A stretch of 64,000 nt of DNA from an uncultured virus (IMG/VR IMGVR_UViG_3300021958_000026) (IMGVR_UViG_3300021958_000026); one strand, 5' to 3'. Positions 18,503 to 29,088 are shown, numbered from the stretch's first letter. Numbers and translations are program-made. The notes: a model not told the origin generated them from the sequence alone.

Positions 18503-19566
18503 AGATAGTTATGTTGGTCAAGTGCTTCATTATATAATGAGGTCATCAATTCTGTAAGGGGTTTTTTCTTCCCTTGAATGTCAAGACCTTCGATATAGTT
18601 TGTTAGGATTGTTAAAGTATCTTCAACATCCCCCATATCTTCGTCATCCATAAAGTCCATGTGCTTGTTGTCATCGACTACTGATACATGTAATGGATTG
18701 ACTCCATGAATCTTATCTAAGAAGGTATCAAACCAATATGGATTTTCTTTATTAACTACTACAATCTTTGTGAACTTTCCATCATACTTACTATAATCAG
18801 CATTACTAATTGTCTCAAAGGTTTCTTTAGTATCATCATAGAATGCTTTCTCAAACATGGTGATTGGATTATGTACTGGAAGTAATTCAACCTTCTCAGT
18901 ATCAAAGATGTGGAAGTGTTTTCCATCACCATAATCTGACCATGTGAACTGCATTTGTGAACCAAGGTATCTGATGTTTGCAAACTCTGACTTCTGATGG
19001 AAGTGTCCACTCAATACTTTGTCAAATCGTTTGACGTATGAATGGTCAAGTCCGTGTTGACATGTCATGCCTGGCATCATCAATGCACCTTCAAATTCAA
19101 AGTGACCCATACACCAACTTGCATTTGCAGATTGTAAAAACTCTACTGAATCAGCATAGTTCTCAGAGTTAATCCAAGGAACCAATGCAATGTTGAACCC
19201 ATCGTACTCTTTGACTTCACATTCGGAAATCACATTGACATTAGGTTGATTGTAGAGTAATAACTCAGGTGCATTTACTTCGTTAGTGTTCTTATAATAA
19301 GTGTCGTGATTACCAATGATTAAGTCCATGGTGATACCACGTTCATTCATAGGTTCAATAAAATGTTTGATGTTTGCTTTCATCGAAGCAAAGTTGATGT
19401 ACTTTCTTCGGTCAAAGTAATCCCCTAGATGGATGATGTGTTTAATATCATGTTTATCTAAGTATGGAAAGAACACTTCGTTATAGAAGCGTCCTTGGTA
19501 TTTGGACATTTCAATCATGTCACCACGAACACCACAGTGGGTATCGTTCAATAGTGCTATTTTCAT
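18499..19566 (-). CDS. gp47: Recombination endonuclease gp47 (Mre11-like)
   Basis: DTH, GDYFD, GNHD, SGHFH. Confidence 0.96.
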   Translation of the reverse strand: MKIALLNDTHCGVRGDMIEMSKYQGRFYNEVFFPYLDKHDIKHIIHLGDYFDRRKYINFASMKANIKHFIEPMNERGITMDLIIGNHDTYYKNTNEVNAPELLLYNQPNVNVISECEVKEYDGFNIALVPWINSENYADSVEFLQSANASWCMGHFEFEGALMMPGMTCQHGLDHSYVKRFDKVLSGHFHQKSEFANIRYLGSQMQFTWSDYGDGKHFHIFDTEKVELLPVHNPITMFEKAFYDDTKETFETISNADYSKYDGKFTKIVVVNKENPYWFDTFLDKIHGVNPLHVSVVDDNKHMDFMDDEDMGDVEDTLTILTNYIEGLDIQGKKKPLTELMTSLYNEALDQHNYL

Positions 19567-20120
19567 TCAGTAAATTTATCTAATGATGATTTTTTGGTTG
19601 TAGTTGTTGTTTTCGTTCTCTTTGATTTTCTTGGTTCGTATGCAACCCTGTTCATGTTCTCTTGCATCCACTCAATGTTTGTATTAGTGAATTCAGGGTT
19701 GTGAACACCATCAATTGTATCGTATGCATCCATAGTAATGTTTGTTGCATCGATAGCTTGTTGTTTGATGAAAACTTGTTTCTTTTCCTTTTGAATACGC
19801 CTTAGGAATGCATAGTAACAAATCTGTGTGATATATGCGAATGCATTGTTAGATTTTTCTGCATTGAAATTACGAATATACTGAATGCAATTTTCGATTG
19901 CATCACAAATCATTTCGTCTCTGTACGTATAGTTGATAAAGTTTGGACGTGTAGATAAACGAGTAGCAATCTTATAAATGCACTCCCCTATGTACTCTGT
20001 CATCTTTGGTGGGGTTTTCCCCTTTGATTCTGCGAGTCTAACGGATTCGTTATAATCGGAGACTGCTTGTGTGAACTCTTTGTTATTAACGTAGTGTTCA
20101 GATTGTTTTTTCGTAGTCAT
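19563..20120 (-). CDS. gp55: Late-transcription sigma factor gp55
   Basis: HYVNNKEF, NFINYTYRDEMICDAIENC, NAFAYITQICYYAFLRRIQKEKKQ. Confidence 0.95.
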   Translation of the reverse strand: MTTKKQSEHYVNNKEFTQAVSDYNESVRLAESKGKTPPKMTEYIGECIYKIATRLSTRPNFINYTYRDEMICDAIENCIQYIRNFNAEKSNNAFAYITQICYYAFLRRIQKEKKQVFIKQQAIDATNITMDAYDTIDGVHNPEFTNTNIEWMQENMNRVAYEPRKSKRTKTTTTTKKSSLDKFTE

Positions 20121-20126
20121 ACGTAT

Positions 20127-20155
20127 ACTATACACCATAACCCCCCATTCTACAA
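20127..20155 (-). promoter_or_regulatory. Sigma70-type promoter for gp55 (probably leaderless)
   Basis: TTGTAG-17nt-TATAGT, 6 nt before ATG 20120. Confidence 0.55.
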
Positions 20156-20164
20156 GGGGTTTTT

Positions 20165-20488
20165 TCAAATATTAAAGTTTACTGAAACCCCACATCCACA
20201 TGATGCTGCCTCTTTAGGGTTTATGAATTTGAAGAAAGAGTTCAGTCCTTCTTTGACATAATCTAGTGTCATCCCTTCTATATATTGTACACTATGATTA
20301 TCAATTAGGATAGAGAATTTTCCATAATCAATTACTGTATCATCTAAGTTAGCATCTAAACTGCTATCAAAGATGTATTCAAAACCAGCACAACCACCAC
20401 CAGTAACACCAACTCTGATGTAATTAAATGCATCCTTTTCTTGTAACGACAAAATTTGAGTAATTGCTTCGTTGCTGAGTTCTACCAT
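20165..20488 (-). CDS. iscA: A-type Fe-S carrier IscA/HesB
   Basis: RVGVTGGGCAGFEY and NPKEAASCGCGVS. TATAAATA at 20496-20503 upstream. Confidence 0.93.
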   Translation of the reverse strand: MVELSNEAITQILSLQEKDAFNYIRVGVTGGGCAGFEYIFDSSLDANLDDTVIDYGKFSILIDNHSVQYIEGMTLDYVKEGLNSFFKFINPKEAASCGCGVSVNFNI

Positions 20489-20576
20489 TATCTAGTATTT
20501 ATATGAAGTTTTTTTAAAAAACCCCTTGTGTTTTCAGAAATCTATGATAAAATGATTATGTCCCACAGGGAATATA

Positions 20577-20831
20577 TTATATAAAGAGATTGTTTATATA
20601 AAATACACCTAACATGAAACTAAACATGACAACCTGAACAACAGCAGGAATGACGACAAACAGTTTCATGACATCGAAATCACCTTTTGAAAAGAAATCC
20701 GTTTCCCTCCATTCTACAACCTCTTCAGGAGTTGCATCCTTTGGTTTATTTAGTGGTATTTCCAACTGATTCATTTTTGTGTTTCTGATTTGCAATGTGT
20801 TCTGCATAATAAATTGCACCTCTGATATCAT
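20577..20831 (-). CDS. Small membrane protein (start uncertain), one of several tiny hydrophobic ORFs at 20.58-21.05 kb
   Basis: C-terminal TM helix LFVVIPAVVQVVMFSFMLGVFYI; late promoter at 21081-21088. Confidence 0.55.
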   Translation of the reverse strand: MISEVQFIMQNTLQIRNTKMNQLEIPLNKPKDATPEEVVEWRETDFFSKGDFDVMKLFVVIPAVVQVVMFSFMLGVFYINNLFI

Positions 20832-21113
20832 TCATAGGCGCATACTTCAAATAAAAATAACTAACGATTATCGATAAAACTGATATTGCTATTTCTTCCA
20901 TGTTATACGATAGGTGCAATTGCCATTGTACAGATAAAAAATACAGATACGAGAATACCTATTTCCATTCCCTCCACAATTGTTTGACCATCTACTTTTT
21001 TTAATTTTTTGACTAACTCGGTCACTTTCTTTTATAAACTCCATTAATAATATGGTATAACACCAAGTTATACACGTGGATATTTATAAAACTTTCAGTT
21101 CTAACAAAATAGT

Positions 21114-21653
21114 TTAGTGAATTTTTTTCTTGTCTTTTGGTGGAGTCAATCTTTTAAATTTCTTATATGGGTCTTCAGAGTCTTTTTCACTATTGAGAAA
21201 TTCCTGTTCCATCATTTCTAAAAACTCCTCTTCTGTTGCCATATGTTTATCTTCATAGAGTTGTCTTAAAAGTTCGTCTACATTGTTTCGTACATCTACG
21301 TTATCATCTTTTGATAACTTATTTGCAAGTGGTATACTTTTGTTTTCTAACATAGTTAACCAACTGGTGGATGCATTGTCATACAACGGCACAACTTGAG
21401 GATTAACTTTGTTTCTATGAAGAATCATTTCTTCAGGAATTTTTACAACTGTATCTGAGGTTAGAGGTGAGTATGGATAGAATGTTGCAAGAGTTTTACC
21501 TCTCATTGTTACTGATAAATGACAAATCATAGGTAGAGTTACTTCAACAATGTTACCATTTTGTCGAGTCATACCTATCACTTCTTGACCTGTATCAAGA
21601 CGAAGTATTTCATACTTTGTTGGGATTAGACTTAAATCTCTTGGGCTAGTCAT
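21114..21653 (-). CDS. Conserved hypothetical protein downstream of uvsW
   Basis: ILRLDTGQEVIG N-terminal pattern and KKIH C-terminus, as I recall for T4-like marine phage proteins at this position. Confidence 0.65.
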   Translation of the reverse strand: MTSPRDLSLIPTKYEILRLDTGQEVIGMTRQNGNIVEVTLPMICHLSVTMRGKTLATFYPYSPLTSDTVVKIPEEMILHRNKVNPQVVPLYDNASTSWLTMLENKSIPLANKLSKDDNVDVRNNVDELLRQLYEDKHMATEEEFLEMMEQEFLNSEKDSEDPYKKFKRLTPPKDKKKIH

Positions 21654-23106
21654 CTTTCAGTTCGAACTGTTGAATCTCATATGGAAATTGTTCCTCATTG
21701 TATATATTTATTCTTTCTTTGAGGTGACTCAACGTAAAGTTCTCACATTGTAGATCATCGGCAATATCAAATAATCTCATTTTATCCTTCCCTTCAGTCT
21801 TACGTAAACCCCTACCAATAGACTGTAGGTTTCTTATTCGTGATTTGGAAGGAGATGCAAAGACTACATTATCAATCTTCTTAATGTTAACACCAGTTGA
21901 AAAGGTACCGTATGACGCCAGTATGACGTTGTCATTTGCTTTCTCAACGATTTCCCTTACGTTCTCCCTATCCTTGGTATCGGTTCCACCATAGACATAG
22001 TGTAATTGTTCACCCAATCGACATGACATTTTATCGTGTAGAAGAACTCCATGTTTTTCGACATATTGAAAAAGTACAAGTGTATTGCCTTTTAAACTGT
22101 ACACTAGATTACAGATGAATTCATTACGTTTTTCATGAGATACTAAGTAATCCATCTCATCTTGATACGACATTTTTTTCTGTTTAGTATGACGAAGTAT
22201 GACACAATCGATAGAAAGATTTGCAATCGTTCCGTCTTCAATTAGTTTTGCAGTTGATATAACTTTTTTGACAGGCCCAAATAATCCTTCAAGTTGTAGT
22301 CTATGAACTTCAGTTCCATCAAGTGTACCTGTAGTACCTATACGGAAACCAGTGGAAGACATCTTCTCTAGTATACTCTTAAGTGTTTGTGCTTTGAATA
22401 AGTGTGCTTCGTCTCCGATGACTACATCGAATGACTGTAATGTTTCTTTAGGTGCTTTAGCGAAACTCTGCCATGTGGTAATGGTAATAGGTGCATCAAA
22501 CACTTCTTGTCCATGGTATATCTTACAAATTTTTTCTTTGTATCCATACTCCTCAAAGTCTTTACTCATCTGTTCCACTAGAGATGTCGTAGGAACGATT
22601 ATAACGGTCTTACAGTTAGGTAAAGACATTTCTCCCTCAAACCACCTACACAACATGTATATAATAAGTGATTTACCACTTGCAGTTGGTGATAGTAGAA
22701 GTTGTCTACCATATTGCACTGCAGTTTTAAATGCATCTATTTGATAATCACGTGGTTCAAATGGAAGACCCAAGCCTGGAATTAGGTCATCACCGTTAAT
22801 AAAGAAATCAACATCCTCATCTGTAAGGAGTGTCTTTTCACCTATGACATCTTCAATACCACCAAACTCAAATCCACGTTCTCTGCAGAACTCATCAACG
22901 TATGGTAGTAGTCCGATATAAATCTTTTTAGTTTTTAGAGAGAAGAGTCGTACCTTACCATCCCAAAATTTATTTTTATAGGACGGCATAAACTTTGCGC
23001 CTGGCACTGTAAAAGAAAAGAAGTCGTAAAGGTCACGTGCAAGAGAGTCATCACAATTAACTTGCATAAAGACATCATCGACTTTACGAACCGTTACTCT
23101 TTCCAT
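21646..23106 (-). CDS. uvsW: RNA-DNA/DNA-DNA helicase UvsW
   Basis: SPTASGKS, DEAH, QSIGRGLR. Confidence 0.96.
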   Translation of the reverse strand: MERVTVRKVDDVFMQVNCDDSLARDLYDFFSFTVPGAKFMPSYKNKFWDGKVRLFSLKTKKIYIGLLPYVDEFCRERGFEFGGIEDVIGEKTLLTDEDVDFFINGDDLIPGLGLPFEPRDYQIDAFKTAVQYGRQLLLSPTASGKSLIIYMLCRWFEGEMSLPNCKTVIIVPTTSLVEQMSKDFEEYGYKEKICKIYHGQEVFDAPITITTWQSFAKAPKETLQSFDVVIGDEAHLFKAQTLKSILEKMSSTGFRIGTTGTLDGTEVHRLQLEGLFGPVKKVISTAKLIEDGTIANLSIDCVILRHTKQKKMSYQDEMDYLVSHEKRNEFICNLVYSLKGNTLVLFQYVEKHGVLLHDKMSCRLGEQLHYVYGGTDTKDRENVREIVEKANDNVILASYGTFSTGVNIKKIDNVVFASPSKSRIRNLQSIGRGLRKTEGKDKMRLFDIADDLQCENFTLSHLKERINIYNEEQFPYEIQQFELKDD

Positions 23107-23107
23107 A

Positions 23108-23788
23108 TTAAACGTATGGTTTACCTACTAACCATCCTACTAATGAGATTCGTGTACCACTTGTAACAGGTTTGACTTGGTGATGTACGAATGAGGGGAA
23201 TACAATCATGCTACCCTTTTCCTTTGCAGAGAATGGCAAAGGTTGAATGATGTTATCAACATCAATTGTTTGTTGATTTAATTTCAATGTATCAAAAGCA
23301 CGTTTTGAATCAATATATTCAAAATGACCACCCTCATAATCATCAGGATGAGATAACTGAATACTAAAACTCAACTTTCTCATTCCACCTTCTCTATACA
23401 CTTCAGGCCCTGCATCTGTGTGCCATGTGTAAAAGTCTCCTGTAGGTGCATCAGGTCTGTGTTTATAGATTGTGTATTGAAGGGGTTCTAAGTAATCATA
23501 TTCCCAATTACTCCACCCTGCATCTTGTACCATCACTCCAACACCTTCATGAATTTTGTTTACTATAGATTCAGGCATTTCATGTCCATTTTTACCAAAC
23601 CATTTGATTTCAGATTGACGTATTTCATTTTTAACATTGAAATCTTCTTCAAGACCATCAGGGTCACTTTCTGCAAAACCAACTCTACCGTAATCTACAG
23701 GTATCTTATCTGCAGATTTGTGAATTAGAGCAACTTCTTCATCTGTGAAGAATTCTGTTATAAATGTACAGTAGTTATTTAATATCAT
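23108..23788 (-). CDS. 2OG-Fe(II) oxygenase
   Basis: WHTD, RKLSFSIQLS..YEGG, HQVKPVTSGTRISLVGW. Confidence 0.9.
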   Translation of the reverse strand: MILNNYCTFITEFFTDEEVALIHKSADKIPVDYGRVGFAESDPDGLEEDFNVKNEIRQSEIKWFGKNGHEMPESIVNKIHEGVGVMVQDAGWSNWEYDYLEPLQYTIYKHRPDAPTGDFYTWHTDAGPEVYREGGMRKLSFSIQLSHPDDYEGGHFEYIDSKRAFDTLKLNQQTIDVDNIIQPLPFSAKEKGSMIVFPSFVHHQVKPVTSGTRISLVGWLVGKPYV

Positions 23789-24231
23789 TATGCACCACTC
23801 ATAAATTTACGCCAATCAATTGTATTCTTAATAGTTTGATGTCTCCATGTGATGTTTTGCATACACTCTTTTAGAAACTCAATGGTAATTTTAAGGTATT
23901 CAAGTTTGACGTTTAGTTTTTGTAAATCTTCATCAGAATTGTAAAAAATGTTCATGTCATTCTTCATGACTTTGAGTCCATCAAATGGGTCAGGATTCCA
24001 TCCCAGTTCTTTGATACGATTCTCATCCATCTTTCCGTTATACCATAACCACTTATCTTTAAGTAGTGTATCGTATTTCATCTGATATTGTTTTAAGAGT
24101 ATGAGCTTACTGGATAGTAAGTCTGAGTATTTTGCATGAAGTCTTGGGACTTCTAGTGAGGACTTATCTAATTCAATATCATCGATTTCACAATCGACTT
24201 TCCACATCTCTTTAATTTCATCTAAATTCAT
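23788..24231 (-). CDS. uvsY: Recombination mediator UvsY
   Basis: LHAKY...IKNTIDWRKFMSG; synteny with uvsW. Confidence 0.9.
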   Translation of the reverse strand: MNLDEIKEMWKVDCEIDDIELDKSSLEVPRLHAKYSDLLSSKLILLKQYQMKYDTLLKDKWLWYNGKMDENRIKELGWNPDPFDGLKVMKNDMNIFYNSDEDLQKLNVKLEYLKITIEFLKECMQNITWRHQTIKNTIDWRKFMSGA

Positions 24232-24285
24232 AATATAAAAATCCAATAGTAGTATTTTCTACTATTATACCATATTTATGGTGTT

Positions 24286-24822
24286 TTAGGAAGTGGATTC
24301 TATCTCGTAATATGTGAATCTGAATGACACTGTGGTCGATACTGCTTCTGCTTCTGCACCTGATTCCAATTCTAATGCACCTAATGAGATAGGGAAACAG
24401 TCATGGAATCTGAAGAATCTATTGGGAACGTTTTTGTTAGTGTTCATTACTAGTGTAATGTCACTGTATTGGTTTAGGTCATTTTCTACTGAACTGTAAG
24501 TACCTGAACCAGTTTTGATGGAATCTACGTATGCAGAGTATGCTTCAGGATTTGCAATAGGAACAATTGCATCCATCCAATCGTAGATTTCTTTAAAGTT
24601 TTCTAAGTCTTCGTCTACCAAGAACGTGACATCAAGTGTATCGAATGACACTTTGTCGCCAGGAAAATATGCATCCAAACCCACACCTGCAGCAGATGTA
24701 GTTTCTGAGAATGACATGCCTGGAATGTTAACAGACTTTACATAGTACTCCACTGTGGGTACTTTGTCTACTAACAATCTAAAATTGTTCTTGTTGAGTA
24801 TAGACTTATTGATTGTTGCCAA
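24286..24822 (-). CDS. gp3: Tail tube terminator/completion protein gp3
   Basis: VNIPG, FLVDEDLENFKEIYDW, FHDCFPISL. Confidence 0.85.
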   Translation of the reverse strand: MATINKSILNKNNFRLLVDKVPTVEYYVKSVNIPGMSFSETTSAAGVGLDAYFPGDKVSFDTLDVTFLVDEDLENFKEIYDWMDAIVPIANPEAYSAYVDSIKTGSGTYSSVENDLNQYSDITLVMNTNKNVPNRFFRFHDCFPISLGALELESGAEAEAVSTTVSFRFTYYEIESTS

Positions 24823-25030
24823 GTTTTATAATCCTTTTTGTCGATGTTGTATCTTGATAGTCGTCACCACGATATTCTCTAGTAACAATCTTTTCACAAA
24901 GATACCCATCTTGAATGTATGTTGTAGTAATAGTTCTACTCAATACATTGGTTGTTTCGACACCATCAGGGAATGCTTCTCTCTCCCATGGGCCTTCTAA
25001 CACTTTCACATTTTTTGCATATTCTGACAT
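24806..25030 (-). CDS. Hypothetical protein
   Basis: GAGG RBS, operon position. Confidence 0.6.
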   Translation of the reverse strand: MSEYAKNVKVLEGPWEREAFPDGVETTNVLSRTITTTYIQDGYLCEKIVTREYRGDDYQDTTSTKRIIKLGNNQ

Positions 25031-25082
25031 AATTATTCCTCTGAAAATGGGGTAGTAAATCTACCCCATAATACTATTTATG

Positions 25083-25298
25083 TTATTTCTCGTTTACAAA
25101 ATCGTTTAATTGTTTTGCATTGTCAATAACATCTTGCACTGAATAAGTCCTTAAAGGCAATTCCTTTTTAGATTCAGCATGATTATCATTCCACGAATGA
25201 ATGGTCTGTCTTTCATTTTCGATGTTGTTGATGATGATTCCCTCTGCGAGAGATAATAGGTCGGCACGGATTTCGTACCCTGATTTAGTATTACTCAT
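25083..25298 (-). CDS. Hypothetical protein
   Basis: GGAGG RBS; SGYEIRADLL...AKQLNDFV. Confidence 0.7.
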   Translation of the reverse strand: MSNTKSGYEIRADLLSLAEGIIINNIENERQTIHSWNDNHAESKKELPLRTYSVQDVIDNAKQLNDFVNEK

Positions 25299-25356
25299 AT
25301 TTCCTCCTGTGTGTGTATGTGTAATTGTATCCACTTGGATACACTTTTATTTAGGT

Positions 25357-25387
25357 CAAAAAAAAGGTCTCGTGAGAGACCTTTTTA
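25357..25387 (-). terminator. Intrinsic terminator after gp23
   Basis: AAAAGGTCTC...GAGACCTTTT hairpin with a T-run on the minus strand. Confidence 0.8.
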
Positions 25388-25417
25388 GTGTTCCGATTAA
25401 GGAACGAGACTTTCGTC

Positions 25418-26722
25418 TTACAGAATGTTGGACACTGCCATCTTTCTGTAGTAGAAGTTTGTCCCATTGGTAGCAAGACCGCTTGTTGGAGTTGAACCCA
25501 CGAATGGATTAGACACCATACCGTATCTTGTTTTGAAACCAATTTTTGGTTGGAATGTATTCTCACCAACGGCACGTACCATTTGTAATGGAACGTATGG
25601 GCAATAGAACATACCAGCATCATAAGGGTTAGACCCTCTGTAACCAACTGTTAAGTAATCAACACCAGCATATGGGTCGATGTATACTTTAACTCTACCG
25701 TTTAATACACCAGCAAAAGTATTGCCTGTGTCGTCAACGTTTAAGTTAGTTGATAATGCAGGTGCGTAATCTAATACACCAGCCATTGAAAGAGCAGACG
25801 CTACGTCTGAAGAACAAAGGATAAAGTTACCTTTACCTCTTCTTGATTCTTTAGCGATTACGTTTGATTCTCTTTCGATTTGGAATAACAATCCTTTAAA
25901 CTTTTCTACTGACCATCTACCGTTTGCATCAACGTCTAAGTTGAAAGTACCAGCTGAAGCAGTACCTGAGGCACCTGTTTTAGCTTGAAGGTTTACTTCT
26001 CTAACAACTTCTCTGTTGATTTCTGCAAGGATTTCTGATGAAAGAATGTTTGCAAGTTCTGATTCTGCATCTAGACCGTGGATTGCTTTAAGGTCTTGTG
26101 CAAGTTCGAGTGTGTACTCTGCTTTTAATGCTCTGGATTTGGCAGTCACAGTTGCTTTTTCAATTGTGAATGACATCTCGTTGAATGCGTTAGATGATGA
26201 ATCACCTAATGCTTCTGCAGTTGCAGTACTCATACCACCGACTGTATCTGTATCATATCCACCTGCGAATGGGTCGTTTGATGGATCAGCATCAACACCA
26301 GCTGAACTATTTGGGCCGTTTGTAGCGGAGTTCCCAGTTCTAACTTCGTTGATACCCATAGCTTCAGATTGACTTTCTCTTCCAGCAGAAGGATAGTCAT
26401 TATATCTTGCCTTCATGGCAAAGATAAGACCTGTTGGGCCTGTCATTGGTTGAACACCACAAATGTCGTAAGCAACGAGATTTGGCATAGCTCTACGTAC
26501 TAATGAGATCAAGATTGGATCCCAGTTAGAAATTGCAGAACTACCAGTAGCATTTAAAGGTGCAGCTTCTTGAAGAGATGCTCTATCTTCGTTTAGAGCT
26601 TTCTCTTGGTTTTCAAGGATTACTGCTGTGACTGCTTTCTTGTAGTTGTCTTTGATCTCAGGAAGATCAGAGTGTTCTAGAATCGGCTGCCACTTTTCTT
26701 GTAAGTTTTCTGATAAAAACAT
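25418..26722 (-). CDS. gp23: Major capsid protein gp23
   Basis: GVQPMTGPTGLIFAM, KSRALKAEYTLELAQDLKAIHGLDAE, FQPKIGFKTRYG. Confidence 0.98.
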   Translation of the reverse strand: MFLSENLQEKWQPILEHSDLPEIKDNYKKAVTAVILENQEKALNEDRASLQEAAPLNATGSSAISNWDPILISLVRRAMPNLVAYDICGVQPMTGPTGLIFAMKARYNDYPSAGRESQSEAMGINEVRTGNSATNGPNSSAGVDADPSNDPFAGGYDTDTVGGMSTATAEALGDSSSNAFNEMSFTIEKATVTAKSRALKAEYTLELAQDLKAIHGLDAESELANILSSEILAEINREVVREVNLQAKTGASGTASAGTFNLDVDANGRWSVEKFKGLLFQIERESNVIAKESRRGKGNFILCSSDVASALSMAGVLDYAPALSTNLNVDDTGNTFAGVLNGRVKVYIDPYAGVDYLTVGYRGSNPYDAGMFYCPYVPLQMVRAVGENTFQPKIGFKTRYGMVSNPFVGSTPTSGLATNGTNFYYRKMAVSNIL

Positions 26723-26743
26723 TTTTTAAGTTTCCCCTTTAAA

Positions 26744-28108
26744 TTAACCTAATGGTTTTAATTTAGATATTGCAGTAGCATACTTAGACATTGTTGGGTT
26801 AGTGACTTTATCTGAAGATGCTTCTTCTTCTAAAGTTCCTGTTCCTTCCTCTACCCTTGTTTCTTCTGCAATTGTTTCACCTTCAACTGGAAAGTATGCT
26901 TCTTTGAGTTCGTTAACTTTATCACTAAAGTCTTCGATATCTGTGAAGTCTACACCATTTGATAATGAAACCATCTTCTCTTTTTGTGATTCAGTTAAGT
27001 CTTTGCAGGCTTCTCTGATCACGTTACTTCTCTTGAGTGAATCATTCTCTTCAGCTATTTCCATATTTTTTTGGACTTCACTGTCAAGTTTTGCTTCCAT
27101 CTCATCGAGACGATTTGCGAGTTCGTCAATGACATCGTACTTGTCTTCAGGAACATCAACGTAGTGTTCTACGAATAATGTTTTTAGACCTTCAATAAAG
27201 TTTTCTGTCATTTCTGACCTCAAACCTCTTTCGATTGCAAGTTCGTTTTCTTTCGTCCACTCTTCTGCACAATAAGTCATGTACTTGTCCACTGCTTCTG
27301 CAAGGTCGTTCTTGACTTCTTCTGTCGAGGTTTTTAGTTGTTCGTTGTATTGTTCTTCAAGTTCTGTCTTGATTTCTGAGACTTTAGAAGACACTGCAGC
27401 TTTAAAGATAGTTCTTGCTTTTTCAGTGTTTTCTTCTGATAAGTCAAGAGCTTCTGAGATTGCAGATAGGTCGTCATCTATTTCCATCTCTACTAACTCT
27501 GATTCGAGGTCAGCAGACAATTGCTCATCTACTTTTTCTTCCTCATCATCTTCGTCTTCGACTTCGTCTTCATCTTCCATTTCAGACATAACTTTTTTAA
27601 CATCATCGTCTTCTTTCTTTTTCATAAGTTCAACGATGTTTCGAGCGATTTCTGCCTTTGTTAAGGATTCGTCAACTTCCTCTTCGTCATCCTTGACTTT
27701 AGAGAACATTGCCTGAAGTTTTTCTTTATCCATACCCTTCATTGCGTTGACCATTGCCTTAATTGTTTCCATCTTAGATGGTGAATCCTTTTCAGAATCT
27801 TCGCCCTCTGAAACTTTTTTCAATTTAGGTTGTGCATCAGGTTTACCCTCACCTTTCTGTTGAGAATCATTACTAACTTCTTTAGTACCTTTCTCAGCAG
27901 ACTTGACGGATGCAACTGCTTTGTCAACAGGATTTTCTTCAGGTTTGACGACTTCACCTTTACCACTTTCTATTTTAGCGGCATCAGATGAACCTTGTTT
28001 TACAGGCGCTTTGTCACCCTTTTCTGCTTTTGAATCAGGTTGTTGACCTTCCTCAATAGCCTCCACAGTTTCTTCAACTGTTTCTAGGTTTTTATCTAAC
28101 TCTGCCAT
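26744..28108 (-). CDS. gp22: Prohead core scaffold gp22
   Basis: Acidic; EEWTKENELAIERGLRSEMTENF; lies between gp21 and gp23. Confidence 0.92.
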   Translation of the reverse strand: MAELDKNLETVEETVEAIEEGQQPDSKAEKGDKAPVKQGSSDAAKIESGKGEVVKPEENPVDKAVASVKSAEKGTKEVSNDSQQKGEGKPDAQPKLKKVSEGEDSEKDSPSKMETIKAMVNAMKGMDKEKLQAMFSKVKDDEEEVDESLTKAEIARNIVELMKKKEDDDVKKVMSEMEDEDEVEDEDDEEEKVDEQLSADLESELVEMEIDDDLSAISEALDLSEENTEKARTIFKAAVSSKVSEIKTELEEQYNEQLKTSTEEVKNDLAEAVDKYMTYCAEEWTKENELAIERGLRSEMTENFIEGLKTLFVEHYVDVPEDKYDVIDELANRLDEMEAKLDSEVQKNMEIAEENDSLKRSNVIREACKDLTESQKEKMVSLSNGVDFTDIEDFSDKVNELKEAYFPVEGETIAEETRVEEGTGTLEEEASSDKVTNPTMSKYATAISKLKPLG

Positions 28109-28138
28109 TCTTTTCTCCTGTTTGAGTTTTATATTATT

Positions 28139-28146
28139 TATTTATA
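28139..28146 (-). promoter_or_regulatory. T4 late promoter TATAAATA (gp22)
   Basis: Exact TATAAATA. Further exact copies at 20496, 21081, 30803, 33386, 51058 and 52531. Confidence 0.75.
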
Positions 28147-28148
28147 TG

Positions 28149-28802
28149 TTAAAGGTTTTCAACAAACCTTTTCCATGCATTTAATTTAACTTCCTGCAAT
28201 TTATTGAGTTTTGCAGACTTAATTGTTTCTCTCATCTCTTCTACTTCACGTGCTTTCAGGATACCATTTTCATATATCCATTCAACACCTTCCATAATAC
28301 CTTCGACAAATGCCTCAGGAGCGGATGGGTCAGCAACAATATCACCTGCAGTTGCAAGTTGGAAGTCACTTTTCACGTATTGAGCGCCACCCTTTTGTTC
28401 TAGTGAACCTAGACCTCTAGAAGAAACACCCAATTTTGCACCATCATCGATTAAATTTCTTACGATTTGACCGTTTGGTGTACTTAAAATTTTTGCACGT
28501 CCCACATAATTATTACCGTCAGCTTCTAACTTGGTAATTAAGTGTGACACTTTGTCAAGATTGATAGTTGGCCCGTCAGGATGTCCCAACTCACCAAATG
28601 CTCTACCTTTCTCAACGAATTCTTTTACGTAACGTTTTACCTCTTTTTCCATTACATCTTTAGGGTAAACACGTCCATTTCTGTTCTTTATTTCAGACTG
28701 CATGAAGATACCTTCGATGAAGTAATCCTTTTTACCATCTTCGTTTTCTTCAACGATAATAGGTGATACAGCGTAATCGTTAAATTCTGATATTAATTTC
28801 AT
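28149..28802 (-). CDS. gp21: Prohead protease gp21
   Basis: NRNGRVY, GELGHP, GVSSRGLGS, DIVADPSAP. Confidence 0.96.
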   Translation of the reverse strand: MKLISEFNDYAVSPIIVEENEDGKKDYFIEGIFMQSEIKNRNGRVYPKDVMEKEVKRYVKEFVEKGRAFGELGHPDGPTINLDKVSHLITKLEADGNNYVGRAKILSTPNGQIVRNLIDDGAKLGVSSRGLGSLEQKGGAQYVKSDFQLATAGDIVADPSAPEAFVEGIMEGVEWIYENGILKAREVEEMRETIKSAKLNKLQEVKLNAWKRFVENL

Positions 28803-29088
28803 CTAATATATCTCCAGTATTGATTCCATCATAGGACATTTGTAACATAATTTTCTTCATGTCCTTTGTTTCTTTTTCTGCCTGTTTCATGTCTTTATAA
28901 GGGTTACCTCCAGTGAAATCATCACCGTTTAGGTAGACATGAATCTTCCCTTTCTTGTCTTGTGTGAAGACTATTTCAATCTTCTTTCCACCGACTTTCT
29001 CAATGTCTCTCTTAACCTCTTTTTGGTCACGAGGTGCTTTGAACTTTGATTCGTTCAACTCTTTTGACATTGATGCAAACGTTTTCAT
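28780..29088 (-). CDS. Prohead core-associated hypothetical protein (gp68 position)
   Basis: Synteny between gp20 and gp21. Confidence 0.55.
   Translation of the reverse strand: MKTFASMSKELNESKFKAPRDQKEVKRDIEKVGGKKIEIVFTQDKKGKIHVYLNGDDFTGGNPYKDMKQAEKETKDMKKIMLQMSYDGINTGDILDEINIRI

Noticed and set aside
20526..20553. Plus-strand sigma70-like promoter (TTGTGT...TGATAAAAT)
   Set aside because: Weak -35 box, short spacer and no downstream plus-strand gene; may be chance in AT-rich DNA.
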